DNA from: Candidatus Kuenenia stuttgartensis
GTDB taxonomy: Bacteria; Planctomycetota; Brocadiia; Brocadiales; Brocadiaceae
DNA: 32,000 nt
NCBI RefSeq assembly: GCF_900232105.1
Contig: NZ_LT934425.1
Span: 3,150,001 to 3,182,000, forward strand
Direction: 5' to 3'
The notes beneath the pieces were generated by a model. The model ran no database searches. It had not been told where the DNA came from and saw only the letters and a list, made by a program, of their open reading frames with translations. A program made the position numbers and the translations under genes. This document shows, piece after piece, positions 15,359 to 23,411 of this stretch; positions within the stretch are counted from its first letter, which is position 1; the number at the start of each line of letters is the position of its first letter.

Positions 15359-17213
15359 ACGGATGTTCACCCCAAGTCAAAAAACAAAAGTGCCGTAAAA
15401 GCCTTATATTTATTGGCTTTTACGCCGAACAGCAAGCTTTTTTCTAGTGACTACCCGTATGTTCCGGCTTGGCAATACTTCTGGCAACTTTATCTGTAAT
15501 GCCTCTAATAATTCATGTGATTGTTGCCGCGGACACGGGATCTTCTGGCAACTAGCTTTTTGGCCTTTGATTGTTACTTCCATCGAACAAATGGTCGTCA
15601 ATTGTGCGAGACCTTCCTCTACCGTCAAGTCAAAATTCTTCCACGCTCTGCGCAGCCTTCGAATTATCATGTACGCAAGCATTACCACAAACACATGTCC
15701 CCGTGTACTATCCTCCTTTCTTACATACACCGGACGAACCTCCAAATTCACCGTCTTACAGTCCCGAAACGCCTTCTCCACTTCCGTTAAATCCTTGTAT
15801 CGTTCATGTACCAGATTGGTATCCGCCTCGTTCTCCTCAAGATCAGTCTTGATTGCGTAACAACCATCAAGGTATGATGCCTCCTTTAATGCTTCCTCAG
15901 CTCTCTCTATCTTTAGCGTCCTATCCTCTTCTTTTATCTGCACCCACCCATCAAGTTTCAATCTCGTTAGCCTTTCCCTTGTTGTTTCCAGGGCCTTCGA
16001 TACTGACGACTTAGGATGTTCCTTCAGATAACTGTTCTTCTTCACGATGTATTTCTCTATACTCTGTAATTTTGATACACGGGTCTTTGACATCTCTTCC
16101 GCCCTTACCGGATTGCGCCTCAGAATATATCGAACCTCATCATCCTTTATCTCGCAGAGCTTTTCTTCGAACAATCCTAATTGCAGTATCCCTTTATTTA
16201 TCAACGACTCTATCTGCGGCTTGGTTATCGCCGTTATGTAATGAAACCCTTCCGGTAAACTTTCGATTTGCACCGTCTTGATCATCCCACGATCTCCTAC
16301 AATCGTTACATCTTTGCATCCAAACCACTCTAATACCTTCTTTACCTGAGATTCAAAGGTCTTCGGATCCTGGGTGTTGCCCCTAAATACTTCTGTTGAT
16401 ACCGGCTCCCCGGATTCATCACAAAGCATACCGATCACTATCTGTTTTTTCCTCTTTTTGCCGTCACGATTATACCCGTACTCACCAAAATGATTCGACT
16501 TCCCCTCTAAATAACTGCTCGTCACGTCATACAAAAACAACTTCGGCTTATTGCCTCCTCGTCTTAACTCAAACAGCTTTCGCTCTATCTTTGCCTGATT
16601 CTCTGACAACCATGACAAATTATCGTACAGATTGTTCTCGTCAAACCCACGCTTCATATCCAGGACGTCACCCGCAGCATGTATCTGCGCCAGCCTTACT
16701 GCAGACAGTCTTGACCCCTGGCCTATTACCCTTGCCATTACTTGCCAAAGCGCCAGCTTTCCTTCAAAGTCCTTTCCCAATGCCTCTTCTATCCCTAATT
16801 CCTTTGCCACTTGGTACACGCTCCACGCTGCTCCCACAGACAAACCCTCATGGAGTTTCACCGATTCTGACAATGCGCCCAATGCACAGAGATCGTCTTT
16901 ATGTGCGAGTGCAAGTCTTATCGCTTCAATCTCCAGGGGAGTGCAATTCGACAGATTCGCAATGGTGCGTTTCTTGACCTTCCCATCCTCACGGTACGAT
17001 TCCCGCAGAAGGGTAGATCGATAGATTTTTTTACCGGATTTTGACTTGTTCTCTACAATATGCATGTCCACCATTGTACAGATAACAACCATTATCCGTC
17101 AAGTATATTGTCGGATAATAACAATATATTAGTGACTACATATTTATTAAAAATACAGCCTTAACAAACTATGTATTAAGCACTTATGCGTTTTGGCAGG
17201 GGTGAACATCCGT
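15359..17213 (-). mobile_element. Intact IS1634-family-like IS element (1855 bp), 15-bp perfect IRs, apparent 4-bp TSD
   Basis: IRs are ACGGATGTTCACCCC at 15359-15373 and its exact reverse complement at 17199-17213. TACA occurs at 15355-15358 and 17214-17217. Removing the IS and one TACA restores a family-C unit (gcgctacaaacagaccgcccctaacagggct). Confidence 0.88.
15410..17092 (-). CDS. IS1634/IS4-type DDE transposase
   Basis: 560 aa. The N-terminus KSGKKIYRSTLLRESYREDGKVKKRTIANLSNCTPLEIEAIRLAL resembles IS1634-family transposases from memory. The ORF has no internal stops. Confidence 0.8.
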   Translation of the reverse strand: MVVICTMVDMHIVENKSKSGKKIYRSTLLRESYREDGKVKKRTIANLSNCTPLEIEAIRLALAHKDDLCALGALSESVKLHEGLSVGAAWSVYQVAKELGIEEALGKDFEGKLALWQVMARVIGQGSRLSAVRLAQIHAAGDVLDMKRGFDENNLYDNLSWLSENQAKIERKLFELRRGGNKPKLFLYDVTSSYLEGKSNHFGEYGYNRDGKKRKKQIVIGMLCDESGEPVSTEVFRGNTQDPKTFESQVKKVLEWFGCKDVTIVGDRGMIKTVQIESLPEGFHYITAITKPQIESLINKGILQLGLFEEKLCEIKDDEVRYILRRNPVRAEEMSKTRVSKLQSIEKYIVKKNSYLKEHPKSSVSKALETTRERLTRLKLDGWVQIKEEDRTLKIERAEEALKEASYLDGCYAIKTDLEENEADTNLVHERYKDLTEVEKAFRDCKTVNLEVRPVYVRKEDSTRGHVFVVMLAYMIIRRLRRAWKNFDLTVEEGLAQLTTICSMEVTIKGQKASCQKIPCPRQQSHELLEALQIKLPEVLPSRNIRVVTRKKLAVRRKSQ

Positions 17214-17291
17214 TACAAACAGACCGCCCCTAACAGGGCTACATGGTATTTTTTCTATCCCGGGAATTTTTCAAAAAACTAAAGTGTTACA
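17214..17291 (-). repeat. Family-C module, copy C2 (unit plus head), right part of the interrupted cluster
   Basis: 17267-17291 (tttttcaaaaaactaaagtgttaca) is the exact reverse complement of 15156-15180. A degenerate unit precedes it: acaaacagaccgcccctaacagggctac. Confidence 0.9.
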
Positions 17292-17293
17292 AT

Positions 17294-17746
17294 TTAATGG
17301 GAAGTATGCTGAAATAACTGTTCTTTTAATTCTGATGCATTCTTCAGGAGTTCCTCTTTGTGTTCTTCCACAGGTCTTTCTTCCACCGGTTCCAGTTTAT
17401 AAAGGAAATAATGTGCATCTTCAATTTTTATAGGGAGAATGAGTTCTGCGAAAAAATCCAGAGGTACATATTGATAATAGGGTGTTTTGATTTTTTCATA
17501 GACAGTGAGCCGTTTTGCCAGCAACCTGCCGTCTATGTCTGTTTTTTCCAGGGAAAATTTTCTGGTTCCGTAATAGGTGAATTTTGTGGTCACCGGAGTT
17601 TGCCCGATAGGTTCGTCGTCCAGATAAACCGTTGCTCCGGGAGGTTCTGAATCAATGGTGATCGTACGAAGTACACAGCCGCACAAAATTGAGCTGGCGG
17701 CTATGCAGGGCGCAATTGATTGAAAGATTATTTTGAAAAATTTCAT
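17294..17746 (-). CDS. PEGA-domain lipoprotein
   Basis: 150 aa. The signal/lipobox-like N-terminus ends ...SILCGC. ITIDSEPPGATVYLDDEPIGQTPV is a PEGA motif. Confidence 0.75.
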   Translation of the reverse strand: MKFFKIIFQSIAPCIAASSILCGCVLRTITIDSEPPGATVYLDDEPIGQTPVTTKFTYYGTRKFSLEKTDIDGRLLAKRLTVYEKIKTPYYQYVPLDFFAELILPIKIEDAHYFLYKLEPVEERPVEEHKEELLKNASELKEQLFQHTSH

Positions 17747-17762
17747 ATATTTTAAGTGGTTG

Positions 17763-18248
17763 TTAAGATGCCGGTGAAAGATCGACTATCTCCGCATGGA
17801 ATGTTTTAAGATTTAATAAAGCTACGGTACTTTTGCCGCTGACCCAGCCACAGCATTCTCCAGGGTTTATGTATAATGGTTTCCCTCTGGAAATTTCCGG
17901 CGTATGCGTATGGGCGCTTATAATGATGTCAATATTTTCAATATTCACACTGCCGGTTAACATTTCAGGCATATGTGACACAAGGATTGTTTTTCCGTCT
18001 ATGGTAATAGTATATGGCGGAATGTGGATATCGTTGCAGACGCCAAGCAAGCCCTTTTGTTCGCCATCATTATTGCCAAACACCCCAATAAACCGGGCTT
18101 TCACATGCATCAATTCTTTCAGGGAAAATGGGGCGACAAAATCGCCTGCATGAATGATATATTCTAAATCCTGTGTATTAAAAAAACGAACAGCTTTTTT
18201 GATTGCTGGAATATTATCATGCGTATCTGCAATAATTCCGATTTTCAT
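17763..18248 (-). CDS. YfcE/MJ0936-family metallophosphoesterase
   Basis: 161 aa. MKIGIIADTHDN, HAGDF, GNNDGE and SAHTHTP are the calcineurin-like phosphoesterase motifs. Confidence 0.9.
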   Translation of the reverse strand: MKIGIIADTHDNIPAIKKAVRFFNTQDLEYIIHAGDFVAPFSLKELMHVKARFIGVFGNNDGEQKGLLGVCNDIHIPPYTITIDGKTILVSHMPEMLTGSVNIENIDIIISAHTHTPEISRGKPLYINPGECCGWVSGKSTVALLNLKTFHAEIVDLSPAS

Positions 18249-18346
18249 ACAGATAAGGAGGGAATGTTCATTCTGAAGAAACGCAGCATAATGGTGTTTT
18301 TCTTAATGCCAGGGTTTCTGAGGAATGTTTTTCTTTTTAGAAAAAT

Positions 18347-18418
18347 GCCGTAACCAAAAAGGCTTTAACTGCAAAGTACACAAAGAAAATCTTACAAATA
18401 AAAAAGGGTTTTGCCTGG
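18347..18418 (+). repeat. Family-D repeat, copy D1
   Basis: gccgtaaccaaaaaggctttaactgcaaagtacacaaagaaaatcttacaaataaaaaagggttttgcctgg aligns by eye at roughly four in five positions with the reverse complement of 19511-19581. Confidence 0.8.
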
Positions 18419-18509
18419 CAATACTACCTGTTGCGCCAAAGAACAGGGCAATCGCCTGCTAACAAGCCACACGTAAGGTAATACAGGAATTAACAGGGCA
18501 TATAGTATA

Positions 18510-18602
18510 TGGCGGAGAGGCCGGGATTCGAACCCGGGGTAGGGCTTTAGACCCTACAACGGTTTAGCAAACCGTCGCTTTCAGCCGCTCAGCCACCTCT
18601 CC
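18510..18602 (-). tRNA. tRNA-Ser (anticodon GCU), CCA encoded
   Basis: I folded the reverse complement by hand. The acceptor is GGAGAGG/CCTCTCC and the anticodon stem-loop is acggt-ttGCTaa-accgt. It has a long variable arm, the T arm ccggg-ttcgaat-cccgg, discriminator G and CCA. Confidence 0.92.
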
Positions 18603-18643
18603 GGTAATAGTTTTATGTATTGGAATTATTTAATAAAATAATA

Positions 18644-18687
18644 AACCGCTGGTTTCTTACTTGTTATCAGGAATAACGCCAGCGGTT
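18644..18687 (-). terminator. Hairpin followed by a T-rich tract downstream of tRNA-Ser(UGA)
   Basis: The 9-bp stem is aaccgctgg/ccagcggtt with a 26-nt loop. On the minus strand tattattttatta follows it. The long loop makes this a weak terminator call. Confidence 0.4.
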
Positions 18688-18726
18688 GATATAAAAACTT
18701 CCATCAGTAAAGTTAAAACTGAAAAA

Positions 18727-18816
18727 TGGCGGAGGGAGTAGGATTCGAACCCACGGAAGGCTTACACCTCCTGCAGTTTTCAAGACTGCCGCCATAGTCC
18801 ACTCGGCCATCCCTCC
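18727..18816 (-). tRNA. tRNA-Ser (anticodon UGA), CCA encoded
   Basis: I folded the reverse complement by hand. The acceptor is GGAGGGA/TCCCTCC and the anticodon stem-loop is gcagt-ctTGAaa-actgc. It has a long variable arm, the T arm gtggg-ttcgaat-cctac, discriminator G and CCA. Confidence 0.92.
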
Positions 18817-18819
18817 GTT

Positions 18820-19227
18820 TTAAAAACAGTCTTCTGTTTTGCAGACTTCTTCCAATACCTTGCTTGCAACAAAGATAGGTGTATTTTTCTGCATAGCCAG
18901 CGCTACTGCATCGCTAGGCCTTGAATCAATTTCAATGATATTTCCGTCTTGTCGCAATACAATTTTTGCATAAAAAGTATTATTTCTCAGATCGCTGATG
19001 ACCACCCGCTCTACGTCTGCATTAAGACTTTCTATAATTCTTGTAATTAAATCATGCGTCAAAGGGCGTGGGGTACTGATTCCCTTTACTGCGCGGTCAA
19101 TTGCCCATGCTTCATTAAGGCCAATTATGATGGGAAAGCTTCTTTTCCCTTCCAGTTCTTTTAACACAATGACCTGATGATCACTTGTTTCAGTGATTAC
19201 AATTTTTGAAAGTGATACGGGAATCAT
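18820..19227 (-). CDS. Bifunctional nuclease (BFN/DUF151) family protein
   Basis: Preferred start is the ATG at 19227 (MIPVSLSKIVI...), 8 nt after GAGGA. FPIIIGLNEAWAIDRAVKGISTPRPLTHDL and DSRPSDAVALA match the family. Confidence 0.85.
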   Translation of the reverse strand: MIPVSLSKIVITETSDHQVIVLKELEGKRSFPIIIGLNEAWAIDRAVKGISTPRPLTHDLITRIIESLNADVERVVISDLRNNTFYAKIVLRQDGNIIEIDSRPSDAVALAMQKNTPIFVASKVLEEVCKTEDCF

Positions 19228-19390
19228 TGGCCACATCCTCAAGATAAACTTCTGTTTAACCGTAAATTACTGCAATACGGCAAACCGCAATAGGCATTTC
19301 AAAAATTGTAGCACATCGACCCCTTTTGTCAAATAATTTTTAATTACAAGGAGTTTCAGGTAATAAAAGTGGGCAGGTAGGGTAAAATAA

Positions 19391-19436
19391 GCTGCAATCG
19401 GTAGTCGGCAAACTGCAGGCTGAGGATTGAGGATTG
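19391..19436 (+). repeat. Family-B element, partial copy B3
   Basis: gctgcaatcggtagtcggcaaactgcaggctgaggattgaggattg matches the minus-strand reading of B1 (ggcaatcggcagtccg...ggcagtcggcaaattgcagattgaggactgaggattgagg). Confidence 0.75.
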
Positions 19437-19461
19437 TATTTGGGCGTTAAATGAAACGTTA

Positions 19462-19490
19462 TTGACAGCCTTCCGACTGGCTGATATACT
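19462..19490 (+). promoter_or_regulatory. Sigma70-type promoter candidate for the uppP operon
   Basis: TTGACA (19462-19467), a 17-nt spacer, then TATACT (19485-19490), about 135 nt upstream of the uppP ATG. This is a pattern match only. Confidence 0.4.
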
Positions 19491-19510
19491 GGCAAACCTT
19501 TATTGTATTA

Positions 19511-19581
19511 CCCGGTAAAAGTTTTTTTATTTGTAAGTTTTTCTTTATATTCTTTGTGGTTAAACCTTTTTTAGTTGCGGC
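19511..19581 (-). repeat. Family-D repeat, copy D2 (inverted relative to D1)
   Basis: cccggtaaaagtttttttatttgtaagtttttctttatattctttgtggttaaaccttttttagttgcggc is the reverse-complement partner of D1. It lies in the putative uppP 5' leader. Confidence 0.8.
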
Positions 19582-19624
19582 TTTGCTGCGATATGAATAA
19601 TGGATATTAAAAGCGAGAAATTGT

Positions 19625-20464
19625 ATGATTGAACATATTGTCCTTGGGATAATCCAGGGTTTAACGGAATTCCTGCCGGTAAGCAGCTCCGGTCATCTGG
19701 TTATCTTAAAAGATTATTTGCAGGTGAAAGAAACCAACGGCGTCCTTTTGGAGGTGGTGCTGCACCTGGGCACATTGCTTTCTATCTTTGCTGTTTTCTG
19801 GAAGGATATTCTGGAAATCTTTCGCGGGACAATTATTTCCACGCTAAAACTATGTTCCGGATGTCGTCCAAAGGAAATTTGGGCGGAGGACCAATACACA
19901 CGGTTATTTATGTTAATTCTTATTGGAACTATACCTACCGGGATCATTGCGCTGTTATTTGAAGATATGTTTGAGTCATTATTTAATGAACCACTTCTTG
20001 CTGCGGTTGCAATTCTTATCACAGGCCTCATTCTGTGGTTGACAAAATTCATTGGAGTAAAAAACCCTGGCGGAAAGCCGTTAAATGTGTTACGCGCTTT
20101 GGTTATAGGCGCTGTACAAGGGATTGCAATTATTCCGGGCATTTCCCGTTCCGGCCTGACAATCTCGGCGGCTTCCTACATGGGAGTTAGCCGTGAATCA
20201 GCGGTTCGGTACTCATTTCTTCTCAGTATACCTGCGATTGTTGGCGCGGTGATTCTTCAGGCACGAAAGATAGATGTTATGCATGATAAAAACCTTATCC
20301 CTCTGGCTGCCGGCGCCGGCGCGGCCTTTATCGTAGGATATCTTGCCTTGCAATTCCTTATAAAAATTGTACAAAGAGGCAGATTGTATATGTTTGCATA
20401 TTATTGCTGGGGTTTTGGGTTTGCAGCGACAATCTCTTTTTTCCTGAAATCTTTTTATCAATGA
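19625..20464 (+). CDS. uppP: Undecaprenyl-diphosphate phosphatase (BacA/UppP)
   Basis: 279 aa, polytopic. GIIQGLTEFLPVSSSGHL and PGISRSGLTISAA are BacA signatures. Confidence 0.93.
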   Translation: MIEHIVLGIIQGLTEFLPVSSSGHLVILKDYLQVKETNGVLLEVVLHLGTLLSIFAVFWKDILEIFRGTIISTLKLCSGCRPKEIWAEDQYTRLFMLILIGTIPTGIIALLFEDMFESLFNEPLLAAVAILITGLILWLTKFIGVKNPGGKPLNVLRALVIGAVQGIAIIPGISRSGLTISAASYMGVSRESAVRYSFLLSIPAIVGAVILQARKIDVMHDKNLIPLAAGAGAAFIVGYLALQFLIKIVQRGRLYMFAYYCWGFGFAATISFFLKSFYQ

Positions 20465-21171
20465 AGAGTTTGTATTTTTCCCGTTCGAAACGTCTTGCAA
20501 ATAGTTTTGTATTTATCTTGCCCTTACTTATTCTCTATGAAGCGGGGATTGCATTTTACGGCTCAGCATTAAAAAACACCGCAGATACCATCACAAAAAC
20601 ACCATTAACACTATTCGGCAAAAGCGGGTCGCTGGTATTCAATCTACTGGTAATAGTGTTTCTTCTGGTAGCGGTATTTTATATTGAAAAAGAACATAAT
20701 CTTAATGTATTTCTGTACTTCCCGATGTTCATTGAAAGTGTTGTTTATGCCCTGTTTATTGGTTATGTGGCTGGTTTTGTAGTATATAAGGTGTTATTTC
20801 CGTATTTGCTTGCTATGCCCTTTCATTGGGAGACAGGAGGAGGAATACTCCTTTCAGTAGGCGCCGGCGTTTATGAAGAAATAGTTTTCAGACTGTTGCT
20901 TGTTTCTGCTTTCTATTTATTCATAACAAAAGTACTAAAGGCAAGCAAACCGCTTAGCGCCGTAGTGAGTATTATTTTCAGCGCGCTGATATTTACGATT
21001 ATGCATTATATCGGAGGTTTGAGCGGCGCGTTTACCTATACAAGTTTCATGTTTAGAATGCTATCCGGTATAATATTGGCATGTATTTTTATGTTTAGAG
21101 GGCTTGGTATTGCCGTTTATACTCACGCAATATATAATGTACTTGCGGTGTTAAAATTGTTTCAGGGATAA
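20461..21171 (+). CDS. CPBP-family intramembrane glutamic endopeptidase (CAAX-protease-like)
   Basis: Preferred start is the ATG at 20461, which overlaps the uppP stop as ATGA (MKSLYFSRSKRL...). It has multiple TM helices, EEIVFRLLL (the EExxxR motif) and FTIMHY (the FxxxH motif). Confidence 0.82.
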   Translation: MKSLYFSRSKRLANSFVFILPLLILYEAGIAFYGSALKNTADTITKTPLTLFGKSGSLVFNLLVIVFLLVAVFYIEKEHNLNVFLYFPMFIESVVYALFIGYVAGFVVYKVLFPYLLAMPFHWETGGGILLSVGAGVYEEIVFRLLLVSAFYLFITKVLKASKPLSAVVSIIFSALIFTIMHYIGGLSGAFTYTSFMFRMLSGIILACIFMFRGLGIAVYTHAIYNVLAVLKLFQG

Positions 21172-21175
21172 GGAA

Positions 21176-21787
21176 TTGTGTGTGGAAAATATTGTCGTTG
21201 GAATTACTGGCGCAAGTGGTGTTGTGTATGCACAACGGCTTTTGCAGGTGTTAAGTAAAAATGATATTTCACTCCATATATCAATTTCCGACGCCGCATT
21301 TAAGGTGATACACCATGAATTGGGCATTGATTTGCCTTGTGAAAAACCAAATTATGATGCGTTATTAGGGCGCTCCGCGAATAATATAACGTATTACAAT
21401 AACTCGAATATCAGCGCAACGATTGCCGGCAGTCAATTTCCTGTAAAAGCAATGGTTATTGTTCCGTGCAGTATGAATACACTATGTTCTATCGCATGTG
21501 GGATTGCGAGCAACCTCATTCAGCGTGTTGCAAACGTAACGATAAAAGAACGAAGAAAGCTGATAATGGTACCCCGTGAAACGCCTTTATCGTCGATTCA
21601 TTTGGAGTCGATGCTGAAACTGTCTTCAGCAGGAACGTGTATTTTGCCGGCAATGCCGGGTTTCTATCACAATCCGGGGACAATAGCCGATCAGGTGGAT
21701 TTTGTAGTTGCAAAAATACTGGATATGCTGGAGATAAAACATTCGCTCATACCAATATGGCAAGGCGAAAATGATGATACGAAATGA
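21176..21787 (+). CDS. ubiX: Flavin prenyltransferase UbiX
   Basis: 203 aa. VVGITGASGVVYAQRLLQVL, MVIVPCSMNTL and ERRKLIMVPRETPLS match UbiX/Pad1. The start (TTG 21176 or GTG 21182) is uncertain. Confidence 0.88.
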   Translation: MCVENIVVGITGASGVVYAQRLLQVLSKNDISLHISISDAAFKVIHHELGIDLPCEKPNYDALLGRSANNITYYNNSNISATIAGSQFPVKAMVIVPCSMNTLCSIACGIASNLIQRVANVTIKERRKLIMVPRETPLSSIHLESMLKLSSAGTCILPAMPGFYHNPGTIADQVDFVVAKILDMLEIKHSLIPIWQGENDDTK

Positions 21788-21824
21788 AACAGGTAATTTT
21801 GGTAGTTTTTTTGATATCTGATGT

Positions 21825-22115
21825 ATGAATATTAGTAAATTTCAGAAGCTTATTGAAGAAATGTATCTGGAGAAAGATTCGAAGCGGGGTTTGGCAAAGA
21901 CCTTTATGTGGTTTACCGAAGAGGTTGGAGAGCTTTCGCGTGCGTTGAGAGATAACAATAAAGAAGAATTGGAAAAGGAGTTTGCCGATGTGCTTGCATG
22001 GCTTTTTTCCCTGGCAAGCATATCAGGAGTTAAAATGGAAGAGGCAATTGCTAAATATACTACCGGTTGCCCTGTGTGTGGAAAAATTCCCTGTATGTGT
22101 GAAGAAATAAGGTAG
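21825..22115 (+). CDS. Small MazG-like nucleotide pyrophosphohydrolase with C-terminal Cys motif
   Basis: 96 aa. FTEEVGELSRAL and EFADVLAWLFSLA are MazG-type EExxE/D helices. The C-terminus is CPVCGKIPCMC. Confidence 0.75.
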   Translation: MNISKFQKLIEEMYLEKDSKRGLAKTFMWFTEEVGELSRALRDNNKEELEKEFADVLAWLFSLASISGVKMEEAIAKYTTGCPVCGKIPCMCEEIR

Positions 22116-22121
22116 GGTTAA

Positions 22122-23210
22122 ATGTCAGAAATAAATAATACCGTTTTGCCAAATGGAATAACCGGACCGTTTGTCTATATTAAAAATAAAAGGGGCGCCG
22201 GTTTTTGGGTAGCCACCGGCCTTGCGACATTCTTCTTTTTATGTACTCTTTTTTCGTTTCTGCTGTTGATTGGGTCGCTTATGATGGGCAAATCGATTAT
22301 TGCAGGCGGTGCTATGGACAAAAAATATGTCACAGAAGAGATAGTTGAAGGAAGTGGTGAGAATAAGATTGCTGTTATTTCTGTGAAGGGGATTTTGACA
22401 AATGAGACTACTGGAAATCTTTTTATAGAAAAACCGAGTATTGTTGAAATCGTAAAGGAACAACTGGAACATGCGGCAAACGATGTTCAGGTCAAAGCGG
22501 TTTTGCTTGAAATAGAAAGCCCGGGCGGGGGCATCACGGCAAGTGATATTATGTATCATCAAATTATAAAGTTTAAGAAGAATACGCAGAAAAAAATAGT
22601 GGTATATATGGAAGATATTGCCGCTTCGGGGGGATATTATATTGCCTCTGCGGCAGATTTTATCGTTGCTCACCCTACGACCATTACAGGAAGCATTGGC
22701 GTAATTATGCCGTTAATAAATATTTCGGAATTTATTAACCGTCATGGTGTTGTCGATAATTCAATTGCATCAGGGGATATGAAGGAAATCGGGTCTCCTC
22801 TGAAACAGATGACGGAGGAAGAAACCGAAATACTCCAAAATATTATCAACGAAATGTACATGCAGTTTGTTGAAGTTGTTTCCATCGGGAGAAATCTGGA
22901 CGTAGAGGAGGTAAAAAAGATTGCCGACGGCAGAATTTATACAGGGAAACAGGCCCTTGAAGCCGGTTTGGTTGACAAGATCGGTTATTTGGAAGATGCG
23001 ATTGGTATGGCAAAAAAGGCATCAGGTATTGATGAAGCAACCATAGTAAGATACAAAAGACTATATGGGTTTGCAGAATTGTTTGGCCTGCTATGCACGA
23101 AACTTTCACAAAAAAACACAATTACATTAGATATTTCCCGCTTTCCGGAGCAGAGCCAGAGCATCACAAAACCAATGTACCTCTGGAATGGTAGTTCGAG
23201 GGGTAATTGA
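22122..23210 (+). CDS. sppA: Signal peptide peptidase SppA (36K type)
   Basis: 362 aa with an N-terminal TM helix. ESPGGGITASD, AASGGYYIASAADFIVAHPTTITGSIGV and GRIYTGKQALEAGLVD match the family. Confidence 0.9.
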   Translation: MSEINNTVLPNGITGPFVYIKNKRGAGFWVATGLATFFFLCTLFSFLLLIGSLMMGKSIIAGGAMDKKYVTEEIVEGSGENKIAVISVKGILTNETTGNLFIEKPSIVEIVKEQLEHAANDVQVKAVLLEIESPGGGITASDIMYHQIIKFKKNTQKKIVVYMEDIAASGGYYIASAADFIVAHPTTITGSIGVIMPLINISEFINRHGVVDNSIASGDMKEIGSPLKQMTEEETEILQNIINEMYMQFVEVVSIGRNLDVEEVKKIADGRIYTGKQALEAGLVDKIGYLEDAIGMAKKASGIDEATIVRYKRLYGFAELFGLLCTKLSQKNTITLDISRFPEQSQSITKPMYLWNGSSRGN

Positions 23211-23411
23211 TTTTCAAACAACACAAAGCCCCTTATACTCAGGAAGCTCCTGGCAAGGCCTTTGGCCGCAACCAAATATCGAAATACGAATCAAATTCAA
23301 AATGTTTTGAGCATTCAAACTCACGGCGGGTTAAGGTTACAAACCTGAACCGGCACCGGATTTTCAAAAAACTAAAATATTACCTTTTATGAAAACTGAG
23401 AAAAATAAATC

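Noticed and set aside
18264-18353. 29-aa hydrophobic ORF (MFILKKRSIMVFFLMPGFLRNVFLFRKMP) after an AAGGAGG
   Set aside because: The SD-like sequence ends only 2 nt before the ATG. The ORF runs into the family-D repeat and has no other support. I cannot exclude it, but it is not reportable.
18405-18430. Sigma54-like TGGCA...TTGC match (ctggcaatactacctgttgcg)
   Set aside because: The GG-to-GC spacing is about 14 nt rather than 10, and no appropriately placed downstream gene exists on that strand.
23211-23411. Possible T-box or other leader upstream of cysS
   Set aside because: The region is a mosaic of a family-A tail fragment and a family-C head. I see no specifier loop, T-box sequence or terminator/antiterminator pair.
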